Source: Basidiobolus meristosporus CBS 931.73 (taxonomy: Eukaryota; Fungi; Basidiobolomycota). From it: a DNA stretch of 64,000 nt. Positions 42,797 through 58,953 of the stretch are shown here, one piece after another. The translations under genes were made by a program, and so were the position numbers. The notes under the pieces are model-generated. The model searched no databases and was not told the DNA's origin. It saw nothing but the letters and a program-made list of their open reading frames with translations. The first letter of the stretch is position 1. Each line of letters begins with the position of its first letter. The stretch covers positions 1 through 64,000 of the forward strand of contig MCFE01000286.1 of assembly GCA_002104905.1 (NCBI GenBank), in the 5' to 3' direction.

Positions 42797-45733
42797 TTAG
42801 CTGGGGTTGATTTGGCGCTCCACCTGTTGCCAATGGGCTTGGTTGAGAACATGCTGCTTGTTGGTCTTCTGGTCTAGACCCTGACGATGATAAAGATCTG
42901 TGGAGAAAGGTGGTTAGGTTTGATGGTGGAGGTGGAAGTGAGAGTGAAAGTGGAGGCGGGGCATACCTCTTAAAAGGCCGCCAGCGACTAAACATCCCAT
43001 ATCATTTCGACTATTACGAGAGAGAAGATAGGCCGTAGTGAGCATCTTTTCTGACTGATCGTTTTGTGTATGCTGGAAGAGTGTTCCCAGCAATGATAGA
43101 GTCATGGCCTTCAGCTGAGTATTATACAACGTAGAGGTAAGCTTCAACGTCTCCAGGAGATTTTGTCTGGTAACAAAGGGTGGAGTGGGGTGTTAGAAAC
43201 TTTCTCGCCTTTGCCAAATAATAGAAATAAACCCCTACTTCGCCTTGACTATCTCATGAGTGACAAGGCCTTCGACGGCATGAAAAACTGCTTTGAGCCC
43301 GTCCAATCTTCCTTCTAGGCAATCGGTTCGTATACCGTCAAGCATTGCATTAACCTTCAAAGGCTAAGTTCAGTAAGTGTTGACCAAGAAACGCCAAGTG
43401 TGTTGGATTACCATTTCTCGATTAGAGGCGGATAAGCCTATGTGTATCAAGGCTTGATTCAAACGCACAAGTGCTACTAATTCGCGATTATCAGTACTCT
43501 ACAAAATGGTTAGCGTCAGGTCATTGGGGGGGGGGGATCGCAAGAACACTTTACCCTTGCAGCCGCCTCGTAGAACTCCAGAGCTTCAGCACTTTGGCCT
43601 TGGTATTGGCAGAGCATCCCCCAACTTGAGCAAATCAAGGCAGCGATTTTCTCCCAAAAACCACATGTGTACGACCATGAGATTAGCTCCAAAAGAGTCT
43701 ACAAAGATAAACGATTCCTTCAATTGGTCGCCACGATTAACGCCCACCGAATTAGTGCAGCTTACCTTCGTCGCTTCTTGAAATTCCGATCTAAGCATCA
43801 GTGCATCAGCTAAATGAAGGAGCATGTACCCCTTAACAACGGCACACCATTTCTTATGCTCAATGGCCGCTGGCTGGTTTGGACAACCTGAAGATGGAGC
43901 CAAGTTATGCACAATGTTCGATTAGAAAAAGATAAAGCATCGTGGTCATACCTATGAATGTATTGAACTGGACTAAGCACACCAATGCAAAAGGAATACG
44001 AAGGTTAGTTTGACATAGTAGGTTGATTCGAAGGTATCAAAAGATTACGGACGGTCAATGTTCTTCAGCCCTTCGGTCAGGAACGTTTTCGCTTTCAGAT
44101 TGGTGTTGTCCGATTTGTTGCACATCCCCGAGATCAAATACGCCAAGCTGTAGAGTTGATTCTTGGTTAGCCACCCAGCTGTCATAACGGAGAACGTCTC
44201 GTAGTGCCCCTGGGAATAGTTGTTTACAAGTGTGGACGACCGGATGGGTATCTAATCTTGCACAACTGACGTCAGAATGAGGCTGCGAATATCATTGAAC
44301 ATATGCAGGAACAACCTTAATGAACCCTTGTATATCCTGAAGCTCGGTCATCGACGGAGTCTCTAAAAGAGAGTACATCTCTGTCGTATACTGCATAGCC
44401 GTCTTGATATTCCCCGTGTGAGTGGTGTAGATTATTAAGATCATATAGTAGCAAAGATGGAGATTTCTATTCTGTACAATTGGTCTTCCTTGGCTCATCA
44501 TGCTGCTCTCCCCCGGCTGAGGAAATAGTCCAGAGACCTGCGACAGACCCTCATTCACGATATGATACTGCTGAAATGAGAGAGCGTACTGGCACTTGGT
44601 CAATAGAATACATGCCTGTGTTGGAACTCGTTAGCAGTTGGATCCCGCTACGGCCGAATGAAATAGACCTCTCACCTTCATGTCTGGCTCCTGACGTCTC
44701 TCAGCGAACTGCAATGCCTCGCTGAGTGTACTAAGACAGCGCCCGAAATCATGATCAATATAATACAACTTGGCACGAAGTAGCAGAAAGTGATATATCC
44801 AAACCGGTAGGTTCAACCTGCGCAAATGGAGTAAAACTCAGAGTCGGTGAAGTGATGACAGGTACTACGCATAGCTTACTCTCCAGCTTCAATTATGGAA
44901 TTCTTGAGAACGTTTTGTGCAATCTTGAAATTGCGGGTACGTTCCAAAATCTGGCACTGCAAGTCGATCATCTGAAATTTCAGCTCCGAATATCCCTCAA
45001 GCTATGAAAGTGCATGTTAGTCGACGATGTGGAACTTAGGTGCCAGTAGAAAACGCGCTCCACGAACCTTCTGTGCGAGTAGAATCTATATTTATCAAAA
45101 ATATACTGTGAGTGGTCAACGAAAAGGTGGAAAGTAACGTCGACTACGAACCGCCTTCTGCAAGTGCTCCTCGGCTTCGACCACGTTTTCAGTATACTGG
45201 AAGAGTATTTGTGACAGACGAAAACGTGTCTTGGTTTCAATCTTGGGCATTACTGTGACTCGAGAAGGTGTAGTGGGTGTTCTAGGGGCTTGGGGTCCTG
45301 AACCACGCATGGGGGTGTTGAAACGCATAGGGGAGGGCGAATTTCCTCCAGGAAACAGATTCGTACCCCTTCCCGATCTTAGTACGGCCTCAAGACAGTA
45401 CACTGCTGACTTGATGTCACGTTGATGTTCGATCCATTTCTGTTGCGTTGGCTGGGCAACTAAAGTCGAGGCTAATTGGCACGCGTGAGCAAGATAGTGC
45501 TCGGCCAAGGCCCAAAGAATCTTGTGCTGTGTGTTTCCTTGTGAGGGGGTCTGGGGCTCGATTTGGGTTAGCGAAGAACGGAATGGGGTACTATATATAT
45601 TCCCGGGAGATTGGGTCAAGTCTTGATAGTATCCACGTCCTGATTGCGGCTCCTGTTGCTGATATCCACCAGTACGGTTTTGCACCGGTGTAGTTGGCTG
45701 CTTGGGTATTCCTTGCCCTGGATATTGATACAT
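42797..45733 (-). CDS. MAU2: Cohesin loader subunit MAU2/Scc4 (TPR-like); multi-exon
   Basis: Contains LWALAEHYL...AVYCLEAVL...IETKTRFRLSQILFQYTENVVEAEEHLQKA, and ends KAMTLSLLGTLFQHTQNDQSEKMLTTAYLLS...GGLLR|DLYHRQG...QINPS. These match the fungal Scc4 pattern. Confidence 0.85.
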
Positions 45734-46289
45734 AATCGAGAACTTTACGGGAAAACCGAGAATTATCGAGGAAAGTTAAGGACAACGGTATTCGTAACTC
45801 TGGAGAAACACGAGAAATATTATGTATTATATGGTTTATGCGTAGAAGCTTCTTTGTATCCCTTGGTTCTGTAACCTCTAGATTAATGTTCGACCTTGGG
45901 TATTTGCGCTTGACTCTATATGATAAACCTAATACTCTCCGTGATGCGCTGTGTTGTGTTGTGATATGAATAACTAAAATAAATCTCGAATTCACAACAA
46001 TAGGATCGTGGGAGTGGCCCCCTTCCTTCACCCCTTTATCCGCAAAAGCATCACAATCCTCTGAATCAATGCTAATTAATTGTGATCAACAGTGGATTGC
46101 GGCGCTTTATTCGATTAATCAAGAGGAAGTACACAGATTCGCTGCAGTTGACAGGATAGTCATGACATCTCATAAAATAAAGCATACTGGCATACAAAGA
46201 GCATTTCAATAGTGCTCATCAAAATTGAGAACAAACAGGGAGTAAAGAAATAAATATTCATCTAAGCATGATATACTACGGACGTCGCA

Positions 46290-46945
46290 TCATCCCAATC
46301 CTCCCCAAACGCCTCGAATCCGTCTAGCAAGCTGGATATCCCTCTGCATCAGTGTAACACGCTTGGCATGGATTGCACATAGGTTACTGTGAAATGCATA
46401 TTAGTTGATGGGTTCATGAGTCCGTAGATAATGGATACCTACGCGTCCTCGAACAGGTGAACCAGGAAGGCCTCGGTGGCTTCTTGCAGCGCCATGATGG
46501 CATGGCTCTGCCAGCGCAGACCTACTTGTTCTTGGCTAAATTCGCCCAACACATATTCTGCAGCTATCTCTCTGACCTGTTGTCGGTGTGAATTACTGCA
46601 GGTTCAAAGAGGAAAGAGTCCTGACGTACCAATCGAGCAAAAGGGAGTTTTCGAAGGAGGAGGTCCGTGGTCTTCTGATAATGGCGTATCTCACGAAGTG
46701 CAACTGTTCCAGGGCGGTATCTTCTGGTCTTGGTGGTACCGGGGGTTCTTGTACCTGAAGGCTTGGTTAGCCACCGAAGATGAACAAGCAAAGGAGGTGG
46801 AGATACTTTTGGCTGGGGTACGCTTGGTCTTTGGGGTGGTTTTTATGCTTGTTCTGGGTGAAGTCCTTTGAATCGGTTTGGGCACAGTTTTCTTGGAGGA
46901 TTTGGCGGCCAGGTTGGACTTCTGGTTGTGCTTGGTTCTTGTCAT
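46290..46945 (-). CDS. CSE4: Centromeric histone H3 variant CENP-A (Cse4/Cnp1); 4 exons
   Basis: Divergent N-tail ([10 protein letters not shown]...), then [32 protein letters not shown]|[45 protein letters not shown]|[25 protein letters not shown]. The extended loop 1, LRWQS and TLMQRD are CENP-A hallmarks. Confidence 0.9.
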
Positions 46946-47824
46946 TGCACCGAAATAGGTTTGCTGCAGGGCCTATTCACGAAGGAACGAAAATGATATA
47001 CTGTTTAAGAAGTTACGCGACAAATGGAGGATGTACGTCTGGGGTAGAAGGGCAGTCCACTGAGAATAAAATTAAGTAAATTCATGATACATCAGTCCAG
47101 AGACCCTTTTAAATTATCCTGCTATGTTAACTCGATCATGATTGGCCAGATTAGGAAATTAACAAATGTAATATGTTTAAAAGTAGAATCACCCATTGTG
47201 AAGGCCAGTATTTCAATTCATTGTCCAGACAGCAGTGCTGACTTCAGTTCAATCAAACAATGGGTGTCTACACACACTACGTCTATTAATACGCCCAAGA
47301 ACCCAAACGCTTGAACCAATTATAAGGGTGGCTTTGGTGTTTTCATGCCATCTTGCTATTCTGGCTGGCTATGGTAACATATGAGTGTTCCAACAGTGCA
47401 CTGAATTTGATTGTAAATGGGGGGGCGTTATCGATGGGTTTGAAGCCATTTCACAGCTTTGCACTTACACAAGCCAACGTCTAGCTACGGTTTACGGCTT
47501 GGTAAGACACCTTGAGCTGTGACATCTAGATTAACCGGCTCCTCATGGCTATATTGGCTCAACGAAGAACGCAGCGCCACTTTCTGGACAGCGAAAATAA
47601 CGATGGACGTCACATAAGTCATCCGTTGGGTTAAATGGGTTTTGGACTAAAGTTTTATGTAACATAGTGCATTCGATATAGTGCCAATAACTCGCAGCTG
47701 AGACTCAAAAACATACAACCAGGGGGACTGGAAAAGATTGAGCGATTCTCGAATGATGGGTGGCATTCGAATAATATACAAACGTTGCCAAAAATAGAAG
47801 CGGAGGTATGTGCGGGCTTTCAGC

Positions 47825-49148
47825 TCACCAATTGCCGCGTTGTTTCTCCGCATCAGTCAACGGGACGTACTGGATTAGATCGATGTTAGCTCTTCACATC
47901 AGCTTTTAAGGTTCGAGACAGTCCTGACCATAACTCCCATCAACTCTTCCTCTTTGATTTCTCCGTTCTCGTCCTTGTCAATCTGATAGATAGACTGCGA
48001 GTGTAATTCACTACCTACCGGTATAAACATGCTACCAGTATGGCTCGATATCAGTATTTCGTGTGGTAAATTGGCACTTTCTAGCTTCCAAAAGACTTAC
48101 CGCCCAGGGCTTTTCAGTTGGTTGATGAGCTTAAAACGCAATACGATGGTTAGAAAAGAATGTTTTGAGCTTCTTCAAGTAAAATAATGTTTACTCACTG
48201 CCATTGGCGTTTTCACCGCCGCTGCCCCAACATGGCTGGCATTGAAGTTGCGGTTAGTGCCAGCAAATGTGCTGTATCCAACGTGCAAGTGCTTACATGC
48301 AATCATAGGGCCCGTTTTCTGGATGGCCTTTACGACCATCGCCGGTGACAAATTGAACTCTCCCCGATTCAAGAAACTCAGGATGATCAGCCTTTACATT
48401 GTTGGTTGATAAATCCACCAGCTCAGAAATGTGCTCGATGCCAACCACCTGGCCATTCTCGCCAACCTATATAAGCATGTCATACGCTGTAAACTACTAC
48501 TTCCATGGTGAATATGATCTAGTTAGGATGGTACCATGCTAGCCATACAGCTTGTCAGATAACCTGATCCACTGCCAACATCAAGAGCTTATGAATCCAA
48601 GCGTTATTTCTCTCGGGTCTCAACAATCAACTGGAACTCCGCTGAATACTAACCCTTCATTCCCGGTTTTAAATATCCTTTGAGATATTCCAAGGCATAG
48701 GCGTGCATATGGCTTGTGACAAACCACATTAGCCGTTGGCTAAGTAAAGTTAGGTGCAAAAGGCACTTACGGTGCAGAAATCGTAGCCCCATAGCCTATT
48801 GTCTGAGGAGAATCATCATACGGTTTAATGGGAGCATAGTGCTTACGATCAACTAAAGACATTGCACGATAGACTTCGGTTGATTGGATGATTCCGGAGG
48901 CTGAACAAGGATTCTCGCGGTGTTACTGGTTGTGGGCTTGTTGTGAACGCAGCAACGTTAAAAACAACATACCTTTAAGGTTGTTGATAAGCCCAATATT
49001 GGTATTTGCTTCTCGTCGCAAAGATCAAAAAGAAACTGGGTTAGAATTCAGAGAGATTATGTGAAAGTAACATTACTAAATGACCATCCATAAGAAAGGC
49101 CAGACATATGTATATGTTGAAGTATATACCGGAGCACCTCCAAGCCAT
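47825..49148 (-). CDS. PCM1: Protein-L-isoaspartate O-methyltransferase (PIMT); many short exons, mostly missed by the ORF track
   Basis: MAWRCS|...NIGLINNLK|[44 protein letters not shown]|[10 protein letters not shown]...|[11 protein letters not shown]...|[13 protein letters not shown]...GDGRKG...PYDCMHVGAAA...|YVPLTD. Confidence 0.95.
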
Positions 49149-49949
49149 GTCGGTATGTAAAGTTTTGCTTAACAGTAAGATGGATAATGTGGCTTTGTTC
49201 CGGGAGGGTCTATTCAATACAAAGTTTTGAATTGTATTTGCAAAACTCTCACGTGATACCACCAACAGATCGTGGATTAAATATGCGTATGAAATAGAGT
49301 TAAAGTTTGAGGGTTCCTGTCGATAGCGAGGTTAAGTATCCTGGTATACTTGCTACGTCTCGAAATAGGTCGTTAAGGGTAAACTGAAAGCTGTAGCCAA
49401 CACTCTTTCGCATGAACAGAATTCCATTACGTAACCGTATCATCGTTTACTAGTAGTAAGAGTTGCCATGATTCGACCTCCATGATAAGTGCACTTCGTG
49501 ACAACCACTAGTAGGTTTGCTACTTGGTTTATCTGCTTGTAAGCGGCTACCAAAAGAGTGGATCGAGTGCCTGGCCCAGGTAAAAGCCCTTGTATCTAAT
49601 GCACATCTACAAAAGCTGAGATAGGCATCTAGTTGGGATATGGAACATGACATTGATGGCGGTAAGAATGGAGATTAAGTATCTAACATTGGCCAAATTG
49701 GTGATATCCAACGTAATTTACTGTCCGAATCGGTTTGTTCTCCAGCATTGATGGAGTTGGTTCAATCGCATTTCTGCATTTAGTAAGCTCCTGCTGACAT
49801 ATCTTCCCACTATCCTGTTTATTGGTGGATTTTTTCCAAGTGAGACCTCGATATAACTCGTCATTTTGGCTCGATTGCTGGATATTAATTTTGGTTGCAC
49901 CTCAGGAGAGCTTCTACTCAAAGAAAGCCTGTCAAATTCACATTTGAAT

Positions 49950-51721
<1,772 letters not shown>

Positions 51722-52816
51722 TCGCGTTCCATCCTCTCAACATTCATGCTAAATTAGACGGATGCTGAGCATTTTGGTTAAAGGGAACTCTAGCCCTCCA
51801 TCACCTTCGTCCATCCTTTCAACTTAAATAATCCCGTCGCTGCAATCTGAGTTTCTTCACGTTTCCAAAAGCATCATTAAACAAGAGAAGTATCAAGTAG
51901 CTTCAGAGTGTATTATGCGTACGTTGTGATCACAAGGGTTTATCCCACGCTTTGAATATAGTAAATTCAAGGCCAGAAACCTGATTGCTTGGAGGTTTAG
52001 AAGTGAGGATGTTTTGAGAACAGGGGCATTAATCAGAAATTTTCCTCATTGTTTGAGAGACAAAGAGATGATAAGCCGAAAGACAACAATGCGAGCGACC
52101 TCAGATAAAACCATGTTGGCATCGATTCTTTCGTTTGGGTCTTTTCATGGATTCAGATTGAGTTTATTGCTGACCTTCCGGACAACACTTAATGTACATT
52201 ATTGAAGTATCGACGGAGTTCCCACGTAAACGCATCAGCCATCCCTTTGCGGGCCTCTAGTGTCTTTTTGTCTGGAAACAGGTCTGCCTATTCTTCAGCT
52301 GTCAAGCAGGTGAGAGTTTGCACAGCTATACCGAGTGTTGTCAGCATCGGCGGAGAGTTTTTTGATGGTGGATGTACACCGGCTGCCTTCATGTTTGGGA
52401 CAACTACATCGAGTCGGTAAAGTCGCGGCAACACACAAAGTCACAACGCATCAAGGTATTCCGCCTTGGTCATGCTTGCCCAGAGCACGCACAGACCCCT
52501 TGGTTGCCTCCAACGTTGCTAGACATCAAGTATAACAAATAGCCAAACAAATCTCTGATCAACTACGGATGTGATAAATCAGCATTACATCAAGTGTGGA
52601 TAAGTTAAATTCATCCAGATACTCGTACTCGAATGGCTAAATATTGAATGCACTGAAATAATTGATTGATGGAGCGTTTTCCACCAATCCTTTCCCCCTT
52701 TTTTAGGGTAGGAAAGAATCCAATGACTCGAGAGAATCATCAGTAGGTGAGATAGTTCACGTACACCACTAAGAGGAATAAGCTAACTCTTGGTGACCCA
52801 TTGAAAACGCGTTATC

Positions 52817-54782
52817 ATGTCCTCTGGCAATCCTACAGATCAATCTAATAACCCAGCACAGAACACAGCACAAAATACCAGCCCACAGATCTCTAATTCA
52901 CAGACTGGTTCGGAGGCCCAATCTATATCTGCTCGAACACCACAGAATTTAGCTGCCACCATGTCCCAACAGTCACCACAATCCAACAATCCTCTTGCTA
53001 GACCAAACCAAAAACAACTCCCTCCACAGAATATCAGTAATCCTTCTCTTGGGCAAGGAGGGAGCTCCACTCCCTCGCTGACTTCGCTCCAACAAAACCT
53101 CTCGATGAATCCACAACTGTCCAATCTGGTCCAGCAAGTTTTGGCTCAAAACGCAAAAGGTCTACAAAGCGCCCCGCCCATTCAACCGCGTACCCTACAG
53201 CAGCAACCAACCTTCTCCCAAAAACTAGCCTCACAGTTGGGCCAACCAACCAACCAATATCTAGCACAACAAGCCCTGGCTGCAGCTCAGAATAAAAACA
53301 AACGGGGGCCGAAGCCCAAACCCAAGGGCCCGGTAAGTCTGCCTGCACGGAATTTGTCTGCACTCAATGGACAGCAGCAAGCATCATTGCTCCAGGCCGC
53401 CAGCGCAGCAGCAGCAGCGCAAAAGCAACAGCTTAGCCAACTATCACAAACCAAAACGAACCCGGGCATTCCGGGAACCACGATGAGGCCAGGGGCGCTC
53501 AACACTGCTAGGGTGGCGCCGAATACTGGGGCAGCCAACAGACCTGGAGTGTCACCGCTGCTGCGTTCCGTCTCTAATCCAGCGATCGTAGAGAAGTTAC
53601 GGAAAAACATCCTGATCATCAGGCAAGCGTTACAAAGAACTGACTTGACCCCAGAGGAAAGGGAAACATACGAAAAAGAACAAGCCAACAGTACCAGGTG
53701 CATCGCACTGTATGAAAGTCTGACGCCTAGGGCCGCCGCAGCAAGCGCTAATGCCGAAGGTAAGTGATGATCATCTGATTGGTGAAGTGATGCAGGGTAA
53801 TTGGGTGGTGATGGTCCCGTTGGTTCTGTTTGAGGACCGTTGGCAGCCTATGTTCAGGACCCAGCTGAGATGCCATATATTTAACTGACACGGGTTTGCT
53901 TGGGTATTTAGGCGGCACAAGCACGGCCAACGCCAATGGAGCATCCGGCCTGGCCCAGTCCATCAAGCCAGTCACACCCACCGCGCAGCGGAGCATCTCA
54001 GCACAGTCACCGCAGCTAACGGTCACGCTAAAATCCAGCCCAAGTGTGCCAGTGACACCGGGGAGCAACGTGGTCAGTAGCCTAGGCGGACAAACACAGA
54101 CCATGCCGATCAACGCGATGGCCAAAGCCGTCACTCCGGTGCCAAAGCCCATCGCGCCTACGGCTACGCCCACGCAATATTCGAACGGCTTGAGCCTGCC
54201 CGGCACACCAACGTCGCTTAGACCCACCCCACTGGACATCGAAAATAACGGCCAACTGCTGTCGAAGCGCAAGATCCAGGAGTTGGTAGGCCAGATCGAT
54301 CCCAACGAAAGACTGGAGTCGGAAGTTGAAGATGTACGTATTGGAGTAGAATGCAACTAGATGGACTCGTCTAACTTGTCAATTCAGATTCTCCTGGAAG
54401 TCGCGGATGAATTCATCGAGTCAGTCACGAACTTCGCTTGTCGCCTGGCGAAGCACCGGAAATCCAATACACTGGAGGTGAAGGATCTGCAGCTCCACCT
54501 TGGTAAGTAAGCATGCAGCGTGCCGACCATAGCCCTTCCACCATACTCACCGCCGTTTTCATGGCTGCAGAGCGTAACTGGAACATCCGTATACCAGGAT
54601 TTGCCAGCGACGAGATCCGTTCACTGAGAAAGCCAAACATCCCCACCTCACACCAGCAAAAGACGAATGCTATCAATACTGCCAAGGCTCAGGCAGCGCT
54701 CGGCATCGTCCCGGCGGGACAAAATACCAACCCCCCTGCAACGAGTGCTGCTGGGAATTCGCAGAGTGTCAAGAAGGAGTAA
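52817..54782 (+). CDS. TAF12: TFIID/SAGA subunit TAF12
   Basis: A long Q/P/S-rich N-terminus precedes [26 protein letters not shown]|[38 protein letters not shown]|[11 protein letters not shown]. Confidence 0.96.
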
Positions 54783-55016
54783 AGCCTGTTCCAGTCCGGC
54801 GCATTCTGGGATCCCTCAATGCCAATCCAATCCAAGTGCATATATGTCTGTATGATGCAAATGTGCCCACCCGTTCCGTTCCAACATAGAAGTGAATCTT
54901 TTTAATTAATCAATGAAGTTGCTTCCCCCTATTCCCCCTCATCGTCTTTTCCTTGTAATAAAGTGAATGCGTCGAATAGATTGCGCAAAGTACTCCTGCA
55001 GTTGTCATGGTTGGCG

Positions 55017-56076
55017 ATGCGCTGCAGATCAAGTGGCATCCTAAATGGTCCGGAAGAAGTGCTGGTGTGGGACAAGGTGTGTCGCAGACTAGGAGAGGTG
55101 GAGCAAATACGAAAGGACGGTAGTGGCATGTTCCCTCAGATCGACTCATTGCACAAGTTGTTGGGCGATGAGGTAGGCTAAGGAAACCGTATCGCAAAAG
55201 CTCTGTTTTAACCAACGGCTGACGCAGGTGCGGCTTCTGCAAACCGTAGCCTTGCCAAGCTTTACAAAGAGGGGAAGGTCAACCTAGCTAAAAAGCAGAG
55301 GTATCGGAGCATTCACTTTTCCTTAGCACTTTCATGAAACACAACGGTGACGGGCTTCCCCTTAGAGTGATCTCCACAGCCCTTGAACGTCTCTAAATAC
55401 TTCTAGCTTTACAAGACTCTTTTACTGGAACGGGTATACCTCATAATTTGGCCGGTGGTTTTGCGGATTGGCCGTCTCAACTTTGGTCACCCTCTTGATT
55501 TGTAGAGAACATCAAGCCAAAAAAGCGAAAGAGTAAAGGCGAGAGTACAATCACCACTGTAAAAAGCTAGACCATATATCCAGAAATCAGCCATATTCTA
55601 ACAGTGCAGCTGGCTCTCTTCAATCAGCCACAGTGCATTCAAACACCAGGTACCAAGTAGAGGATGCTGATGTGGTTGAAAATAGAAGGCGAATGTGGGA
55701 CACAGCACATGCATGAGTTGCTCCGATTCTTACTAATCTCTGTGTTGCCCATAGGAGATATGATCTACCGCCGCGCAACATCATCCCACTGCCCGAGGAG
55801 GTAGTTCTTGGTGAATATCCGGAGTTCGAGGTTGATCATGTTGTGCTAGCACTGTATCCAAATACAACGTGCTTTTACAAGGCGATTGTGGTGCTTCCGC
55901 CCAGCAAGGTGCATTTTGTAGATTGTCATATTTCAATCGACCATCCCAATCGTTCTTCCTAGATCAAAGAAAGGCCGTACCAGGGGAGATACTGCGTGAG
56001 CTTCGAGGACGACGACGATGTAGACAGGTTTGTTCCGGTAATATGTGTTGTAGAGATGCCTAAAAGTGCGAAGTGA
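55017..56076 (+). CDS. SGF29: SAGA subunit Sgf29 (tandem Tudor H3K4me reader); start approximate
   Basis: EEVLVWDKVC..., YQVEDAD...|RYDLPPRNIIPLP...VLALYPNTTCFYKAIV...|YCVSFEDDD...VPVICVVEMP. Confidence 0.92.
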
Positions 56077-57018
56077 AAGTAGGGGCTTCTGGCTAATTGC
56101 TATACCTCTATCATTTGTCTATGAAACAAAAACCTCGATGACTAGTTGCCTGCCAGTATCAGCGCGCTATCGCTCATTCGTTGTATACTCATAATGAGAG
56201 GCCATGATGTGGCCACTCTTTTTGGGTTTGGCCAAGCGTAGCAGCTGCCCATTTGCCCGTTACCACTTGGAACGTGGACTTCCTCCAGTTCATGTAAAAG
56301 ACGCCTTCTGATGTCTAGTTTGTAGAGTACTATGCAGTGTAGGCGCATCTTGTTTGCGAAGTAAATGCAGCTAAAGTTCCTTTTTATCTTGGCGGTTTCA
56401 GCTCGGATCTTTCAGAGTTCGCGGTTTCTTCAAGAGGTTCGTTGGGAATTGATTTCTACTATAAAAGCTTATGCCACGGCCAGTGCGCTGTAACATGTTC
56501 TTCAAAGAGATACGGGAGTGGACACAGATTTCTGAGCTGCAAAACGCCTATCTTTGCTTCGTTCCAGCGCTATGGAAGGTCAGTGCTCTTCGATATGCTG
56601 ATTCTTCTTTGAGAGACACATCGCACACTTGGAAGTGTGCAGTCGCGGGGTGTTAACAAACCGGGAAAAGGATGGGCTATGCGAAATCTCAAGACGAGCA
56701 AACGAAGCCCGTGACAATCCGTCAATTCTCTGTAACCTCTCATCATATTATACTACTTGTAGAGGCGTTGGACACACATGATACGGAGGTAGTGAATACA
56801 CTAACAATGCAAGGATGGCGAGATCACAATCAAATCCAAGGGAATAAAATGTATGAATGAGTAACTTTATTGGTTGGTATTCCAACTGCCACTTGAGCAG
56901 TAGAGCACACTAGCAACTTAGCGTATCCACGAACAACTTACTATCGAGCTGACATATTGAATTGGCATTTGCATAAACGCCAAGCGCCTTGTTGAGTAGG
57001 CTGGTTGAAGCGGTTCTC

Positions 57019-58727
57019 CTAGAGCATGATTAAAGCCATTTCCTCGTTTTTGATAGGTGGACATCTCCAGTTGTAGAGATAATAATTGAGATCGCCGTCA
57101 CCAGGGTCGAACATCAATTCCTCTACAAACTCGAAGTTATGCATGAGTTCAAGGGCATTCATAACGTCGAAGCCAGCCTAGAAGCAAGGATTCATTGGTC
57201 AATGAGGTAAGGACTGGGCAAGCTGGAGAGAAACAGAGATTTACATTTTTAGCTAACACCAAGACATTGTGGACCAGCACCTGAAGACGCTGGGTATATT
57301 CTTCGCTACTCGGGAGAGTATTATCGTCGCCGCTCTCCGTTTTCCACTCCATGTTGATTGCGTAGTAGTACAGGTAGGCAGCATTCAATGTCTTGTGCTT
57401 GGGGTTGTCGAGGAGTGAGCTCGGCAATGAGTAGAACGAGATGAAGTCGGTGATACTGCCGGTATCATGGTCCTAGCAGTCACCATCAACTTAGAAGGGC
57501 CGTTTACTGGAAGGCTGAAAGCATACTTACTTCTACAACATAGCTGTAAACGACATCCTTAACAGGAACGAAGTAATGGCATACTTCCTCGTCAGATTGG
57601 AATACTGGTGTGTATTCGAATTGTGACAAAAAGCTGTTGAGAAGAGCGCAAACGGCTGGCGCATCCTGCTCCAGCATAGGGCGAAGTCCGGTGATGGTGG
57701 TAGTGGTAGGCAATTCGTAGTATTGAGTCATTTGTTCCATGGTTATACAATCAGGCAGTGCTTCGAAGCCTATCTCGACCAATTTTTCCGGGTTTAGCGA
57801 GCGATGGTGATATCTATTGTTTTCAAGAGTGAGAGGTAGATTTGATCAACGCAGACCCAGGGAGTAACACTACCTGCAGGTGGCAATGGGCTTGGGTAAG
57901 ACAACGCCCGCGGTGTAAGTGGCTTGGGAAATTCCCTCCATGTTGACCCGACGAGTGATTTCTTGGATGAGGAGCGGGGCCAGACGCTTGTTTCGAAGCT
58001 TTTTGTGGAGGCACAAAAAGCTGATTTCCACCAAGTGGCGCACACTTTCGCCAGGATACAGGTGTGAGCCGTTGTGGTGGGGAGAGCATGGTATATATTT
58101 ACCTGGTGCGAACTTTCAGGTCAGCGGGGATTCCAGCGATGAATGCAACCAGCTTGTTGGTGGTATCGCGGACTCCTAGATGCCAAGCTTTTTTCCAGCC
58201 CGGAGGCTTCAACGCCCTGAAACCAAAGGCAGAAGCGTCAGTGGAGTGGAGTGAAACACCCGAAGCTACGGTGGGTGGTTGTGTACCAAGAAATGAACTC
58301 CAACGAGTAGGCGAAACGGAAGGTAGCGTCATCGTCCTCCACATAGTTCAGTGAAAGCAAGGTGTAGACTTCTTCAAGCTACTATTCCGTTAATATACCA
58401 AGGGACGGTACGAAGCCAAAAAGCCTAGTACCTGCTCTGGATTTTCTAAATCAACCAGAACCCATTCAAAGCTTCCAGGTAGAGGATAAGGGGTCTGGCG
58501 AACATCCTCTATGGCTTTATCTACCTCGATAGCTCCCTCCACCATCACCGTCTCGTCTGGATTCAAAGTACTTCGGTTTAACCGTCTATTGATAGGAAGG
58601 CGGAGTTCTTACCATATTGTGGGACTGGCTGGGTATTCCAGAACTTATGCTCGGGGGGCTCCTGCAGTGGTTCATTTATTATGTTGGCCTCGTCTGCCTG
58701 GCAACTTTGCCTCTTGGGGTCGGGCAT
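57019..58727 (-). CDS. NMT1: Glycylpeptide N-myristoyltransferase; multi-exon
   Basis: [85 protein letters not shown], and a C-terminal MALIML. Confidence 0.96.
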
Positions 58728-58953
58728 AGCTGTAAGCTAAGCAACCTGGGTCGCATGCAGCCCCCAGACCAGCATATCCAAAATCTCACATGGGTCTCGT
58801 GAGAATCAGCGGATATGGCGTGTGAGTGACACTGCCTGCCAAATCAAAAAAGAATAGTTCGATGTTTGGATGACATTTATTTATGCAGTATGCAATCTCA
58901 AGTAGGCTGTTAGCATTCGGAATGTCTTTGGGGCTCACAAGGACACCAGAGCC

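Noticed and set aside
43525-43536. Poly-G run (another at ~63612-63620)
   Set aside because: These are isolated homopolymers in intronic or intergenic DNA with no repeated G-tract pattern.
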